Assembly (NCBI GenBank): GCA_021773835.1
Contig: JAJFJQ010000062.1
Span: forward strand, 207,322-271,321
Source: Gammaproteobacteria bacterium
GTDB lineage: Bacteria; Pseudomonadota; Gammaproteobacteria; Ga0077536
Direction of reading: 5' to 3'
Length of the DNA stretch: 64,000 bases
The notes below the pieces were generated by a model. It did not search any database and was not told the origin of the DNA. It saw only the letters and a list, made by a program, of their open reading frames with translations. Shown one piece after another: positions 1 to 10,939 of the stretch (its first letter is position 1; each line of letters starts with the position of its first letter). Position numbers and translations under genes: made by a program.

Positions 1-3000
1 CTGACACGTTTACGACAAGCGCAGCTGATGCTGGCGGTATCACCGGCGGGATCACGCTCAGCTATACGAGTTTCGAGACCCTCGGCGGCGGCGGCGGCGA
101 CGATATATTCGATATCGATCATAGCGTGACCTCAGCGAGCGGTGACGCCGGCGCGGATACTTTTAATCTCGACACGGCGCTGGTCAGTATTAGTGGCGGT
201 CTATTTGGAGGCGACAACGGCGATACCTTTAATATCCGCGCGAACGTCGCAACCGACATCGACGGCGGGCTCGGCGATGACATCGTCAACGTCGACCCGG
301 GCGGTACGGGCGGTATCGTGTTGACGGGCGATGTGTCCGGCGGCGACAACGATGACACGATTAATATCGGTATGCCGACCATGACACCACCTGCCGCGCT
401 CCCATCTTCGTCGAGGATCGTCGGTCAGGTCGATGGTGGTGCGGGCGACGATACGCTCGACTACACCGGTTCAAGCCATGCGATGGTAGTCACCGTAACC
501 GGCCCCGGGACAAGCGGTAACAATCTGGAGTTTACCGGTGCTACGACCGCGGTTGATGCTGCTGGTGACGACGTACTCAACATCGACACCGTCGATGACA
601 ACAGGCTTGGCACGTTAATTGGTCCGAATGAGGACACAACCTGGACTATCACCGGCACGAACAGCGGCATGTTTCAAGGTATCAGTGCCGCGCTGCCGAC
701 GTCGTTCACGAATTTTCAAATTGTCGGTCTCGGTGGGGCCGATACGTTTATTTTCCAAGACCTAGGACAAATCGTCGGACTTGCCGGCGGACCTGGAGTC
801 GTTGGCGGCGGCGTCACAGGTGTCGGCGTCGATTCAATCGTGGTCGCGGCGACCGGCGCATTGGGTCCGGCAAGCGAAGATATTGTTCTGACCGCTTCAG
901 ATGAAGGAACAATCACGACGACCGCTGGTATCACGGAATTTGATCTTATTCAGGCTATCGTCGGTAACGATGGATCCGGGACTGTGTTGGTGCAGTCGGC
1001 GTGGGCCGGTAGTGTCGACGGCGGCACCGGCGGCAGCACAATTGTTTGGACGGCGCTCGGCGATCAGAGCGTTACCCTAAGCGGTGGAGGAACCAGTGGT
1101 GTTGGATTTGCTGGTAGCACAGCCACGATTGCGATGGGCTTCGACAACATTACCGGACTCACAAATCCAGGCACAACCTCCACTGCAAGCCTCACTGGCA
1201 CCAATAGCGCCGCTGCGACCAACACGTGGACGATAATGAGCGACGGTGTGGTGGATATGGGCTCCGTGAGTCTCGACGGCGGCGGGCCGCTGACGTTGAA
1301 CTTCGTGGAGTTCGACAATCTTACCGGCCGCGACGATCCGGACACCTTTACCATCAGTGGTCTACACAGCGGCAATATCAGTGGTGGTAACGTCGGAACG
1401 AATAATTTCGTTTTCACCGGGATCCCAGCGACCAGTTTCATCACTGGCAGCGTTAATGGCGGTAGTGGCGTTGACGTGCTCGACTATTCGGGATTCGGTA
1501 CTGCGATCGCGATCAGCCTGACCGGCGGGACCATTGCGGACGGCTATGACGGCAATGACGGCGCTGCCACGATCAGTTCCGGGTTTAACAACATGGACGA
1601 TATCCGTGGCAATCTGACCATGGCGAATAGTTTTACTGGCATTCCTGGGCAAGATGCTACCTGGACAATTACCGCTACCGATGGGTTCGATTATGATCCG
1701 GCCTCAGCCGCCTTGCCGTTAATCAGCCTAAGCGGTTTTGCGAATTTAACCGGCAGCGCCGCCAATGACACGTTCATCATCACAACCGGTGATGTTGATT
1801 CGATCGACGGTGGCGCTGGAATCGACACATTGAGTCACAATGGCAACGCCGGGCCGATCGCGGTTGCGCTGACTGCGCTTGGTACAAGCAACGGGTTCAT
1901 GGGCATGAGCACTGACATCTCCGGTATGTTCAATAATATAAACCGGCTCGAGGGCAGTGCGAACACAGGTGATTCGTTGACTGGCGTTCCATCCGGTGTT
2001 GCTGCTAGCGCAACGTGGACGTTGGACGGCACCACTTATACGGCGGGCGGTCGAACCTTGACGTTTATTGGTGTCGACGATAGCCCATTTCTGGGTGACC
2101 CTCCTGGTGTTTATGAGGCCATAGAGAATCTCATTGGCAACGACGGCGCGGATACGTTTAATGTAACTGCTGATCGAACCGGCGATATCACCGGCGGTGC
2201 TGGTAACGACGTCGTCAACTTAGCTGCCTTACTCACCGGCAGCGTAATGCTCGGCGCCGGCAACGACACGTTGAACTTTATCGGTACCGGTATGATTGTT
2301 GGTGCGGGCAACATCGCCGATGGTGGTACGGAAATCGCAAGCCCGCCTGGCGATACCATAGATTGGTCCCTATCGAGTGTCGATCCAGTTGCACTGAGTC
2401 TGGTGGATATTACCGATCCCACAAGCATTGACGGGACCTTGAGCCTCGTTGATGGTGGCGCCGCCGGGGGGCTTGCCGAGTTTGAATCATTCTTCACGAA
2501 CAGTACGTCGACCTTGCTCGGCCCGGATACGGCGATAACCTATACCATCACCGGCCCCAATACGTTTTTCATCGATATTGGCGCGATGCCAACCTTCAGT
2601 GGATTCAGCAGCATCACTGGCGGGACCTTGAACGACACGTTTAGTTTTATGCCCGGCGGGTCATTGTCTGGGGATATTGATGGCGGCGGTGGGGTGAATA
2701 GCATCGTCACCGCGGTACTCGCCGCAGCGCCAACCGGTAATTTCTTTTTGACCACGGGCGCTAATTCTGGACGGCTCGGTACGATAGACGTTTTTCCTGT
2801 TGGTACCCCAGTTTTCGGGACTTTAGGCGGCACCTGGACGAACATCACCAACCTAACCGGAGGGACCGGAATCGACGTTTTCACGATTACCGGCGGAACT
2901 GCGTTTGCCGGTTTGATGGACGGTGGCGGCGGGATAGACGCTATCCGTGCTGATAACCTCACGAATACTTGGAATCTGCTTGGTGTCGGTAGCGGTAACA

Positions 3001-5435
3001 TCGGCGGCGTTGGGAGTAATAATTTTGTCAATATGTTGCGCGGAATCGGCGGAACAGGCGCAGATACCTTCGTATTTAATGACGGGGCATCGCTAGATTC
3101 GCTCGATGGTTTAGGTGGTACCGATACGCTCGACTACTCCGCAGTATCGACCCCCATTACAGTAAATCTGGCTACAAATAATGCGTCGTTGCTGACTTTT
3201 GCCGGTGGTAATGCAATCAATATTGAAGCGGTTGTGGGTACAGGGGGCGGGGGTGACACACTCATTGGTGAAAACAATAACAATAGCTGGATTGCCACGG
3301 CCCCTGGAATCGGAACAGTCGACGGCTTTGCCTATTCCGCAATTGAAAATATCTCCGGTGGAACGGCCATCGACAGCTTCCTGATTGGCGCCGCGGGTCG
3401 GGTAACGGGCAACCTCAATGGCGGCGGCGGCATCGATACGATCACCCAGAGCTTCGCCAGTAATTGGGTGATCACCTCTCCAAACGCGGGTACGACCGAC
3501 GGCGTTTTAGGTACGTTCGCGGGGGTCGAAAATTTGACCGCGACCGGTTCGACCGCAAACCTCGATATGGACGGTGGATCTATCTCCGGTCGTTACACCG
3601 CGACAACAGTCACCTTGAACGTCGACGGCACCAGCGTAACCGGGGGCACGCCGGTTGATGTCGCGGGTAATCTTGCCGCGAGCGCCAACCAGACCATTAC
3701 CACCGGCGGCGGTGCATTCGCTGTAAGCGGTACGCTGACGGGTACCGGCGCCGGGTTCAACGTCAATACAGGCGGCGGTACCGTAACCGTTAATGGTGCG
3801 ACCAACGCGAACAGCCTTATCGTAAATTCAGGCGGTTCGAATTTTGGCGCCGTTACCACAACCGGTGTGCAGACTTACGGCGGCTCGACGACGTTCAGAG
3901 GCGATCTCACTGGCAGTAACCTAACTTTCAATGGGACCTCGACGTTTAATGGCAACCACCTCCTACAGTCGAGCACCAACGTCTGGGATTTTAATGGAGA
4001 GGTATTGGGAACCGGCAACCTCGATATCATCCCCACCGCCAACACCGATATTTTTATTGGGAACGGTAATGGCCCGGGTAACATCGCGTCGAGTCGATTC
4101 GGCGGATTCCAAGGACATTTGATTGTCGGCGCCCAATTGGATCCCTTAGATTCACCGGCGGAAGAAGCCGTGGTAGTCATGCCGCCTGGGGTGACCGCGG
4201 ATCTCATTACCGTTGAGGAAAATTTTCTCGTAGGCGGTGACGTTACCTTGATCGGAAGCAACATCATGCTCGATTCGGGTATATCCGGCGGGGCCGGAAC
4301 TGGCCAGGTTACTCTAATTGCAGTTGGCGACTCGCAGGGTACCGGCGGCGAAGGTCCTGGCGATATCATCGGGCCGACTGGCGGTACTGCGATTATTGGC
4401 GGCAACAAGGCCGTACTAGTTGCAAATAATGGGATAGTGAATGCAGGGAATATTCGGTTGGACCTAGATGCTGGTGAGCTATTCCTCGCGGTATCCGCTT
4501 CGCAAGACGAGCCAACGTTCGACGCAAGCAGTAGCGCGACGTCGGTAAGTTTCGACCCGACGACAATTGCGATCATTGCGAGTCTCGGTTTGAATCTCCA
4601 ATCGGTACAGGTGGTCTTCAGCAACCCGGCCTCGGCCTTGACCGGTTTGCAGAATGTGCAGTTCATCGACGTCGGCCTGTTCGAGGAAGAACTGAGTCTG
4701 TTTGGCGTTATCGGTAATGGCATCGCGTTATCGCTCGATCAGTGCGAGGAAGCCGAAGGTTGCGCACCAAACGTGAGCGAAGAAGAAATCGATGCATTGA
4801 TCGCCCAAATCGAGGGAAGGATCTCAGAAATAGAACGTCGCCTCGCTTCCGGTGAGATCGACTCAGCGGAAGGGCAGCGCCTGCTGGCTGGTTTCCAACA
4901 GGAGCTACAAAATTATCAAACCTACAAAGAGCAGTTAGCGGCGTTCAACGAATCGCAACTTGAGTTTGGTGACGATTTCGGTGAACTGGATGATTTCGCC
5001 GAGGAGTTTGACGATGCCGAACCGATTGATGATGTATCTCCGACGGATACGACCGATATCGAAGCACCGCAAATAGCTGCGCCGGCACCGGAGCCGGAAG
5101 CGGAGCCGATGGAGGAGGCATTCGAAGAGCTGGAAGACGAATTTATTGAACAAGAGATCCCGGTCGATGAGTTCGAGGACCTCGAGGAAGACCTTGAAGA
5201 AGACTTTCCTGAGTTGGACGACGTCCTGGAAGAGGCGCCCGATGAGTTTGAAGACTTGGATGAGGAATTTGACGAATTTGAAGAACTCGGGAAGGAAATC
5301 GATCCTGCCTTACTTTTGCGGTTGACGCAGAATGCCAACGTAAACGAATACCGTGGGGCGCTCGGGATTGGCATGGATGGCCGGGTAGTATGGACCGGTG
5401 ACATCATATTGCCCTCGTATGCACGGCAATATTGA
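1..5435 (+). CDS. Giant secreted repeat protein, 5'-partial. It has RTX-like Ca-binding GGxGxD/DGGxGxDTLDY motifs, Gly/Thr/Asn-rich beta-helix-like repeats, a C-terminal coiled coil and a poly-acidic tail.
   Basis: The reading frame is open from nt 3 with no stop upstream of the tracked GTG at 126, so the N-terminus lies outside the window. It ends at TGA 5433-5435. The translation has dozens of DGG(A/S/G)G(x)DTLDY(S/T)G and GGAGND motifs, plus long stretches such as TGTGAGFNVNTGGGTVTVNGATNANSL. The last ~330 aa are heptad-like (EIDALIAQIEGRISEIERRL...) followed by ~170 aa that are about half Asp/Glu. Confidence 0.8.
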   Translation, partial: DTFTTSAADAGGITGGITLSYTSFETLGGGGGDDIFDIDHSVTSASGDAGADTFNLDTALVSISGGLFGGDNGDTFNIRANVATDIDGGLGDDIVNVDPGGTGGIVLTGDVSGGDNDDTINIGMPTMTPPAALPSSSRIVGQVDGGAGDDTLDYTGSSHAMVVTVTGPGTSGNNLEFTGATTAVDAAGDDVLNIDTVDDNRLGTLIGPNEDTTWTITGTNSGMFQGISAALPTSFTNFQIVGLGGADTFIFQDLGQIVGLAGGPGVVGGGVTGVGVDSIVVAATGALGPASEDIVLTASDEGTITTTAGITEFDLIQAIVGNDGSGTVLVQSAWAGSVDGGTGGSTIVWTALGDQSVTLSGGGTSGVGFAGSTATIAMGFDNITGLTNPGTTSTASLTGTNSAAATNTWTIMSDGVVDMGSVSLDGGGPLTLNFVEFDNLTGRDDPDTFTISGLHSGNISGGNVGTNNFVFTGIPATSFITGSVNGGSGVDVLDYSGFGTAIAISLTGGTIADGYDGNDGAATISSGFNNMDDIRGNLTMANSFTGIPGQDATWTITATDGFDYDPASAALPLISLSGFANLTGSAANDTFIITTGDVDSIDGGAGIDTLSHNGNAGPIAVALTALGTSNGFMGMSTDISGMFNNINRLEGSANTGDSLTGVPSGVAASATWTLDGTTYTAGGRTLTFIGVDDSPFLGDPPGVYEAIENLIGNDGADTFNVTADRTGDITGGAGNDVVNLAALLTGSVMLGAGNDTLNFIGTGMIVGAGNIADGGTEIASPPGDTIDWSLSSVDPVALSLVDITDPTSIDGTLSLVDGGAAGGLAEFESFFTNSTSTLLGPDTAITYTITGPNTFFIDIGAMPTFSGFSSITGGTLNDTFSFMPGGSLSGDIDGGGGVNSIVTAVLAAAPTGNFFLTTGANSGRLGTIDVFPVGTPVFGTLGGTWTNITNLTGGTGIDVFTITGGTAFAGLMDGGGGIDAIRADNLTNTWNLLGVGSGNIGGVGSNNFVNMLRGIGGTGADTFVFNDGASLDSLDGLGGTDTLDYSAVSTPITVNLATNNASLLTFAGGNAINIEAVVGTGGGGDTLIGENNNNSWIATAPGIGTVDGFAYSAIENISGGTAIDSFLIGAAGRVTGNLNGGGGIDTITQSFASNWVITSPNAGTTDGVLGTFAGVENLTATGSTANLDMDGGSISGRYTATTVTLNVDGTSVTGGTPVDVAGNLAASANQTITTGGGAFAVSGTLTGTGAGFNVNTGGGTVTVNGATNANSLIVNSGGSNFGAVTTTGVQTYGGSTTFRGDLTGSNLTFNGTSTFNGNHLLQSSTNVWDFNGEVLGTGNLDIIPTANTDIFIGNGNGPGNIASSRFGGFQGHLIVGAQLDPLDSPAEEAVVVMPPGVTADLITVEENFLVGGDVTLIGSNIMLDSGISGGAGTGQVTLIAVGDSQGTGGEGPGDIIGPTGGTAIIGGNKAVLVANNGIVNAGNIRLDLDAGELFLAVSASQDEPTFDASSSATSVSFDPTTIAIIASLGLNLQSVQVVFSNPASALTGLQNVQFIDVGLFEEELSLFGVIGNGIALSLDQCEEAEGCAPNVSEEEIDALIAQIEGRISEIERRLASGEIDSAEGQRLLAGFQQELQNYQTYKEQLAAFNESQLEFGDDFGELDDFAEEFDDAEPIDDVSPTDTTDIEAPQIAAPAPEPEAEPMEEAFEELEDEFIEQEIPVDEFEDLEEDLEEDFPELDDVLEEAPDEFEDLDEEFDEFEELGKEIDPALLLRLTQNANVNEYRGALGIGMDGRVVWTGDIILPSYARQY

Positions 5436-5436
5436 G

Positions 5437-6213
5437 ATGGAAAACTCGACACCTACAAGCCAGCAACCTTTATTTTATCGCGACGTGGTGCCGCTAAGTC
5501 GTGAGCGCCACGCCGATTGGTTTGTCGACATGGCGCAAGGCTATGGGTTTACCGCGGACACGAACTCGATATATGTCGCGGGAACCGAATTTCCGATGAC
5601 CTCGCGGGAATATCCGATAGTCTTCGCGATGGATGCTGCAAAAAATTTGGTCCCGGTAGCGCTGCTGGGCCTGCGACAAAACCAAAACCTCATGATTGCC
5701 GAAGATGGCAGTTGGCTCGGCGGTTATGTCCCGGCCTACATACGGCGTTACCCATTTATCTTGGCTAACGCGGATGAGCAAGCTAATAAATTCGCGGTGT
5801 GCATCGATGAGTCTTATTCTGGTTTCAATACCGCCGGTGAAGGCGATCGACTCATTAACGAGGACGGCCAACATGGCGAGATCCTATCGAATTCGGTAAA
5901 GTTTCTAGAGGAGTTCCACAAGCATAGCGAAGTCACGACGCAGTTTTGCCAGGCTATCGCCGAAGCGGGCTTAGTCGAATCGATGCAGGCCAATTTTTCA
6001 ATGAAATCCGGCAGTAGTTTTTCACTGGCTGGTCTCCATTGTGTACCTCGCAATAAGATCAAGGCATTGTCTGCAGAGCAGCTTAAACTGTTCGTCGACC
6101 GCGATTACCTAGATCTTCTTTATCTGCACATCTATTCGTTATCGAATATGGACAAACTTATCGCACGATACGACGAAGTTGATAAAGCATCGACCGCGGC
6201 AGGTGAACGTTAG
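5437..6213 (+). CDS. SapC-family protein (domain associated with S-layer/type I secretion loci)
   Basis: An in-frame ATG at 5437 lies 1 nt after the upstream stop (the tracked ORF begins earlier at 5398 and would overlap). The motif YVPAYIRRYPFIL and the ~255 aa length fit the SapC domain family as I recall it. No search was run. Confidence 0.55.
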   Translation: MENSTPTSQQPLFYRDVVPLSRERHADWFVDMAQGYGFTADTNSIYVAGTEFPMTSREYPIVFAMDAAKNLVPVALLGLRQNQNLMIAEDGSWLGGYVPAYIRRYPFILANADEQANKFAVCIDESYSGFNTAGEGDRLINEDGQHGEILSNSVKFLEEFHKHSEVTTQFCQAIAEAGLVESMQANFSMKSGSSFSLAGLHCVPRNKIKALSAEQLKLFVDRDYLDLLYLHIYSLSNMDKLIARYDEVDKASTAAGER

Positions 6214-6508
6214 AGAATAATGTGCCCGTGAATAAGCTTAATTTAGTGTCCACTATTCCGACGATCCGACGTATCGAACCATCAATAACGCCCGGCTCTC
6301 GCGTGCACCCGCTGCCGGCGCCGGAACGCGGGCGTGGCTCGGGTGAGACCTACCATTTCGACATCCCGCGCGTAGATGCTGATACCAGCAGTCAGCTACG
6401 CAGGGTCAGCTCGACGGTCTTATTGGACTCAATGATTCGGCAGATGGGCGGTGCGACGATCCCAAGCGCAAAGGGTTCCTACGTCGATATCGTGGTCTAA
6501 TCAAGCCG

Positions 6509-7036
6509 CTATTGAGTTCGCGCGGTTGCCTTCGGCGTCTCGCCGAATTTTTCGATCAACTCCAACGATAGCGCTTGAGCTGCCTTATATTCCGACGGCG
6601 ATAACAGCCCGGCTGCGCGTTTCATTGCGTCAGCGGCCCCTACGTTTCCAAGGTGTGCAGCGACGCTGTACCAAGCGTATGCACGCTCCATGTCATGCGG
6701 TACACCGCGCCCGTTTTGGTAGAGATCTCCTAGCCGGAATTGCGCATCGGCCACGCCGCGTTCAGACGCTTTACGATACCATTGGGCGGCTATTTCGCTA
6801 TCTTTATCGATCCCTTGCCCTGCCGCATACATGCGTCCAATGAAGTATTGCGCGTAGGCGTGGTCGGCAGTCTCGGCCAGCGGTATGAAAATTGATAAGG
6901 CCTTTTCGTAGTCACCAGACATGAACGCAACAACGCCGTCGTTAAAATCAGCCAGCGAATTTTGACTTAATAGCAAAATAAAAAGGATTGCGCTCAGGCG
7001 GATTTTCACTTGGACCTTTCTCCACTGCGTCTTCAT
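6509..7036 (-). CDS. Sel1-repeat (TPR-like) secreted protein
   Basis: An internal Met (MKTQWRKVQVKIRLSAILFILLLSQNSLA) gives a signal-peptide-like N-terminus. Repeated AAQWYRKASERG / AQFRLGDLYQNGRGVPHD Sel1 motifs follow. The tracked ORF extends further upstream, but the 7036 start is preferred. Confidence 0.7.
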   Translation of the reverse strand: MKTQWRKVQVKIRLSAILFILLLSQNSLADFNDGVVAFMSGDYEKALSIFIPLAETADHAYAQYFIGRMYAAGQGIDKDSEIAAQWYRKASERGVADAQFRLGDLYQNGRGVPHDMERAYAWYSVAAHLGNVGAADAMKRAAGLLSPSEYKAAQALSLELIEKFGETPKATARTQ

Positions 7037-7172
7037 AGGCACGCATAATAAACGGATCATCGGCGCCTTATAAGGTGAATTTAGTGGTAAGATTCGGCCC
7101 CCGAGCAGAGCCGGAATCCAGCGTTGGCGCGAGCCTCTCGAAACCGCGCTCATAGAATATCGATGGTGAGAC

Positions 7173-8573
7173 ATGCAGCCCAAAACACTTTACGACAAAT
7201 TGTGGGACGCGCATCTCGTCGAAAAGTTCGACGATGGTACGGCACTCATATATATCGACCGTCATATCATCCACGAGGTGACCACCCCGCAGGCCTTTGA
7301 GGGATTGCGTCTGGCTGGGCGTAAGCCATGGCGCGTCGGCGCGACTAAGGCCGTCTCGGACCACAATACCCCGACCGTTGACGTCCACAACATTACCGAT
7401 CCGATTGCCAAATTACAGCTCGACACCTTGTCGAAGAATTGCACCGAGCACGGCATAACGCACTACGACATTGGCGACGTACGACGCGGAATTGTTCACG
7501 TAACTGGACCCGAGCAGGGATGGTGTCTTCCCGGCATGAGCATCGTATGCGGGGATTCGCATACGGCAACCAATGGCGCGCTCGGTGCTTTGGCTTTCGG
7601 GATCGGGACATCAGAAGTCGAACATTGCATCGCCACCCAGTGTCTTGTGTTGCGCAAGGCGAAAAATATGCTCATTGAAGTCAACGGTGAAATGCCGATT
7701 GGTGTGTCGGCCAAAGATCTGATCCTCGCGATCATTGGAAAAATAGGCACCGCCGGCGCGACCGGTCATACGATCGAATACGCCGGTGAGGCCATCAATT
7801 CGTTGACCATCGAAGAGCGAATGACCGTTTGTAATATGTCGATAGAGGCGGGCGGACGCGCTGGTCTTGTTGCCGTCGATGACGCGACATTGGATTACAT
7901 TAAAGGACGACCGTTCAGTCCTAGTGGTGAACTTTGGGATCAAGCAGTATCAGCCTGGCGCGACCTAAAGTCTGATCCGGATGCGAAGTTCGATAGCGCC
8001 GTCAATATCGATGCGGAGGCGATCGAGCCGCAAGTCACCTGGGGGACGTCGCCCGAAATGGTTGTCCCGGTTTCCGGCAGCGTTCCCGATCCCGACACTG
8101 CAACGGACGAATCTCAACGCATCGGCATGAACAACGCGCTTCGTTACATGGATCTTAAGCCGGGGACGCGCATCGAAGACATCGAAATTGATAAAGTGTT
8201 TATCGGGTCGTGTACAAATTCCCGGATCGAGGATCTACGCGCTGCGGCGAGCGTGGTAAAAGGTCGTCGCAAGGCTGCAAATGTAAAATTGGCTTTGGTT
8301 GTACCTGGCTCTGGCTTGGTAAAAGAGCAAGCGGAGAGTGAAGGATTGGACAAGGTGTTTCTGGATGCCGGCTTTGAATGGCGCGAACCGGGATGTTCGA
8401 TGTGCCTGGGCATGAATCCCGATCAGTTATCAGAGGGCGAGCGCTGCGCGTCGACCTCGAATCGAAATTTCGAAGGGCGACAAGGACGGGGCGGACGGAC
8501 ACATCTCGTTAGCCCGGCGATGGCTGCCGCTGCCGGGATCAGCGGACATTTCGTCGACGTACGGGGGATTTGA
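7173..8573 (+). CDS. leuC: 3-isopropylmalate dehydratase large subunit
   Basis: 466 aa with an aconitase-family signature and LeuC-like N-terminus [16 protein letters not shown]. It is followed 4 nt later by leuD. Confidence 0.93.
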   Translation: MQPKTLYDKLWDAHLVEKFDDGTALIYIDRHIIHEVTTPQAFEGLRLAGRKPWRVGATKAVSDHNTPTVDVHNITDPIAKLQLDTLSKNCTEHGITHYDIGDVRRGIVHVTGPEQGWCLPGMSIVCGDSHTATNGALGALAFGIGTSEVEHCIATQCLVLRKAKNMLIEVNGEMPIGVSAKDLILAIIGKIGTAGATGHTIEYAGEAINSLTIEERMTVCNMSIEAGGRAGLVAVDDATLDYIKGRPFSPSGELWDQAVSAWRDLKSDPDAKFDSAVNIDAEAIEPQVTWGTSPEMVVPVSGSVPDPDTATDESQRIGMNNALRYMDLKPGTRIEDIEIDKVFIGSCTNSRIEDLRAAASVVKGRRKAANVKLALVVPGSGLVKEQAESEGLDKVFLDAGFEWREPGCSMCLGMNPDQLSEGERCASTSNRNFEGRQGRGGRTHLVSPAMAAAAGISGHFVDVRGI

Positions 8574-8577
8574 GCCG

Positions 8578-9219
8578 ATGGAACCAGTGACGAAAGTTCA
8601 TGGCATTGTGTTACCTATCGATCGTCCAAATGTTGACACCGATGCGATCATTCCCAAGCAATTTTTGAAGTCGATCAAGCGGACGGGATTCGGCGTTAAC
8701 TTGTTTGATGAATGGCGCTACTTAGATAAGGGTGAGGCCGATCAAGATTGCGCCGAGCGACCGGTAAATAAGGATTTTGTTCTCAACCAACCGCGCTATC
8801 GCGGCGCAGAGATCTTACTGGCTCGTGTCAATTTCGGTTGTGGTTCGTCGCGAGAACATGCCCCGTGGGCGCTGCATGACTATGGCATCCGCGCCATGAT
8901 CGCGCCGAGTTTCGCCGATATCTTCTACAGTAACGCGTGTAAGAACGGCCTGGTGCCCGTAACTTTGCCGGAAGACGTTGTCGATAAACTGTTCGACGCG
9001 TGTAGCGCCGTGGAAGGTTATAGCTTAACAGTTGACCTTGAAGCCCAACTTGTAACAACACCCGCTGGCGAAAGTTTTACTTTTGAGTTCAATCCAGGGC
9101 TGCGTCAACGGTTATTGAGTGGCCTCGATGACATCGGCGTCTCCTTGAAATCCGCCGACGCTATCCGCGCATACGAAGCGCGTCGGGCGGTCGAAGTGCC
9201 ATGGCTATTTCAAGACTGA
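8578..9219 (+). CDS. leuD: 3-isopropylmalate dehydratase small subunit
   Basis: 213 aa; the aconitase C-terminal swivel domain sits immediately after leuC. Confidence 0.93.
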   Translation: MEPVTKVHGIVLPIDRPNVDTDAIIPKQFLKSIKRTGFGVNLFDEWRYLDKGEADQDCAERPVNKDFVLNQPRYRGAEILLARVNFGCGSSREHAPWALHDYGIRAMIAPSFADIFYSNACKNGLVPVTLPEDVVDKLFDACSAVEGYSLTVDLEAQLVTTPAGESFTFEFNPGLRQRLLSGLDDIGVSLKSADAIRAYEARRAVEVPWLFQD

Positions 9220-9267
9220 GGCCTACCAACTAGGCTGTGATGGGGCATGGAGCGCCGAATTCGGTGC

Positions 9268-10920
9268 TTACAGGCTACCCAACTCATCGGCCTCAATTCG
9301 CAGTTTGAACTTTTGGATCTTACCGGTCGAGGTTTTCGGCAACTCTCGGAAAAGGACCGTCTTTGGTGCTTTGAAATGGGCAATATTCTCTCGGCAATAC
9401 GAGATGAGTTCTTCAGCGCTGACATCTGGTGCGGACGGTTTCAGATTTACGAACGCGCACGGCGTCTCACCCCATTTGTCATCCGGCCGCGCAACCACAG
9501 CAGCTTCAAGGACGTGCGGATGTTTGTAGAGCACCTCTTCGACCTCAATAGATGAAATATTCTCACCGCCGGAAATAATGATGTCTTTTGAGCGATCCTT
9601 GAGTTGAATGTAGTTTTCGGGGTGCATGACTCCTAGATCACCGGAGTGAAACCAGCCGTCGGCTAGAGATTCTTGGGTTGCCTTCGGGTTTTTTAAGTAT
9701 CCGCGCATCACAACATTGCCTTTGAACATGATTTCGCCGATCGTTTCCCCGTCGCGCGGTACGGGCTCCATCGTTTCTGGATCGATCACGTTAAGGTCTT
9801 CTAAGACGTTGTAACGAACCCCTTGACGGATCCGTTTTTCCGCCAGATCGGCTGGTGATAAAGAATCCCAGCTACTTTGGTGCGCAGTAAAAACTGCCGG
9901 ACCGTAGACCTCGGTAAGACCATAGGCGTGTGTCACCTTAAAGCCTTGGTCGGCCATCGACCGCAATATCGCCGCGGGTGGCGCTGCACCAGCGGTCATT
10001 ACATTGATCGATCCTTTGATCTCGCGACGATCTTCGTCGCTAGCATTCACAATGAAGTTCAACACGATTGGCGCACCGCAGAAATGGGTCACCCCATGGG
10101 TATCTATTGCGTCGTAAATATCGGCTGCGGCGATCCGGCGTAGACAAACGTTGGTACCGCCTTGCAGCGCTATCGACCATGGATAGCACCAGCCACAGCA
10201 GTGGAACATCGGTAGTGTCCATAGGTAAACCGGGTTTTGTCCCATCGTCCATGCGAGTACGTTACCGATTGAATTGAGATAGGCGCCGCGATGATGCGTC
10301 ACAACGCCTTTGGGATTCCCGGTAGTACCCGAGGTGTAGCAAAGTGATATCGCCTGCCATTCGTCCTCGGGTAGTTTCCATGGAAAGTCTGGGTCACCGG
10401 TCGCGATAAAATCTTCGTATTCAAGCTCCCCGAGGCGATCGTGGCAAAGCGCCGCCTCGTCGGCGATATCGATAACGATGGGTTCCACAGTGCATTTCGA
10501 AAGTGCTTCTTTGACCACGGGCGCAAATTCCGTATCCGTGATCAAGACCTTGGCTTCGCCGTGGTCGAGGATAAAGGCGATGGCGTCAGCGTCGAGCCTT
10601 ATATTGATTGGATTGATAACTGCGCCGCACGCTGCTACACCAAATAACGACTCGTAGAAGGCAGGAATATTCGTTGCTAATACGGCAACAGTATCGTTGA
10701 GGCCGATGCCGCGTTTGTCTAGTGCGCAGGCGAGCTGGCGGCACCGGGCAAAGGTCTCTGTCCAGGTAAATTGGCGCTCTCCATGAACGACAGCGAGTTG
10801 ATCTGGATAAACCGACGCCGCGCGCTGAATAAAACTCAACGGTGACAGGGGCGTGTAATTGGCGGTGACTTTGTCGAGGTCTTGCTCGTAGGGGCTTATG
10901 CTCGATGTAGATTTGTTCAT
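9268..10920 (-). CDS. AMP-dependent acyl-CoA synthetase/ligase
   Basis: 550 aa with the AMP-binding motif YTSGTTGNPKGV and a C-terminal GEIxxxG...K region. Confidence 0.9.
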   Translation of the reverse strand: MNKSTSSISPYEQDLDKVTANYTPLSPLSFIQRAASVYPDQLAVVHGERQFTWTETFARCRQLACALDKRGIGLNDTVAVLATNIPAFYESLFGVAACGAVINPINIRLDADAIAFILDHGEAKVLITDTEFAPVVKEALSKCTVEPIVIDIADEAALCHDRLGELEYEDFIATGDPDFPWKLPEDEWQAISLCYTSGTTGNPKGVVTHHRGAYLNSIGNVLAWTMGQNPVYLWTLPMFHCCGWCYPWSIALQGGTNVCLRRIAAADIYDAIDTHGVTHFCGAPIVLNFIVNASDEDRREIKGSINVMTAGAAPPAAILRSMADQGFKVTHAYGLTEVYGPAVFTAHQSSWDSLSPADLAEKRIRQGVRYNVLEDLNVIDPETMEPVPRDGETIGEIMFKGNVVMRGYLKNPKATQESLADGWFHSGDLGVMHPENYIQLKDRSKDIIISGGENISSIEVEEVLYKHPHVLEAAVVARPDDKWGETPCAFVNLKPSAPDVSAEELISYCRENIAHFKAPKTVLFRELPKTSTGKIQKFKLRIEADELGSL

Positions 10921-10939
10921 TTAAATCCTTATTTAGCGT

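Noticed and set aside
119-5452. Numerous antisense or alternative-frame ORFs inside the giant gene (e.g. 119-382, 3875-4723, and the Ser-rich 4922-5452)
   Set aside because: They lie opposite or out of frame to a long, compositionally coherent repeat-protein ORF. The Ser-rich one is the complement of the GAA/GAG-rich acidic tail.
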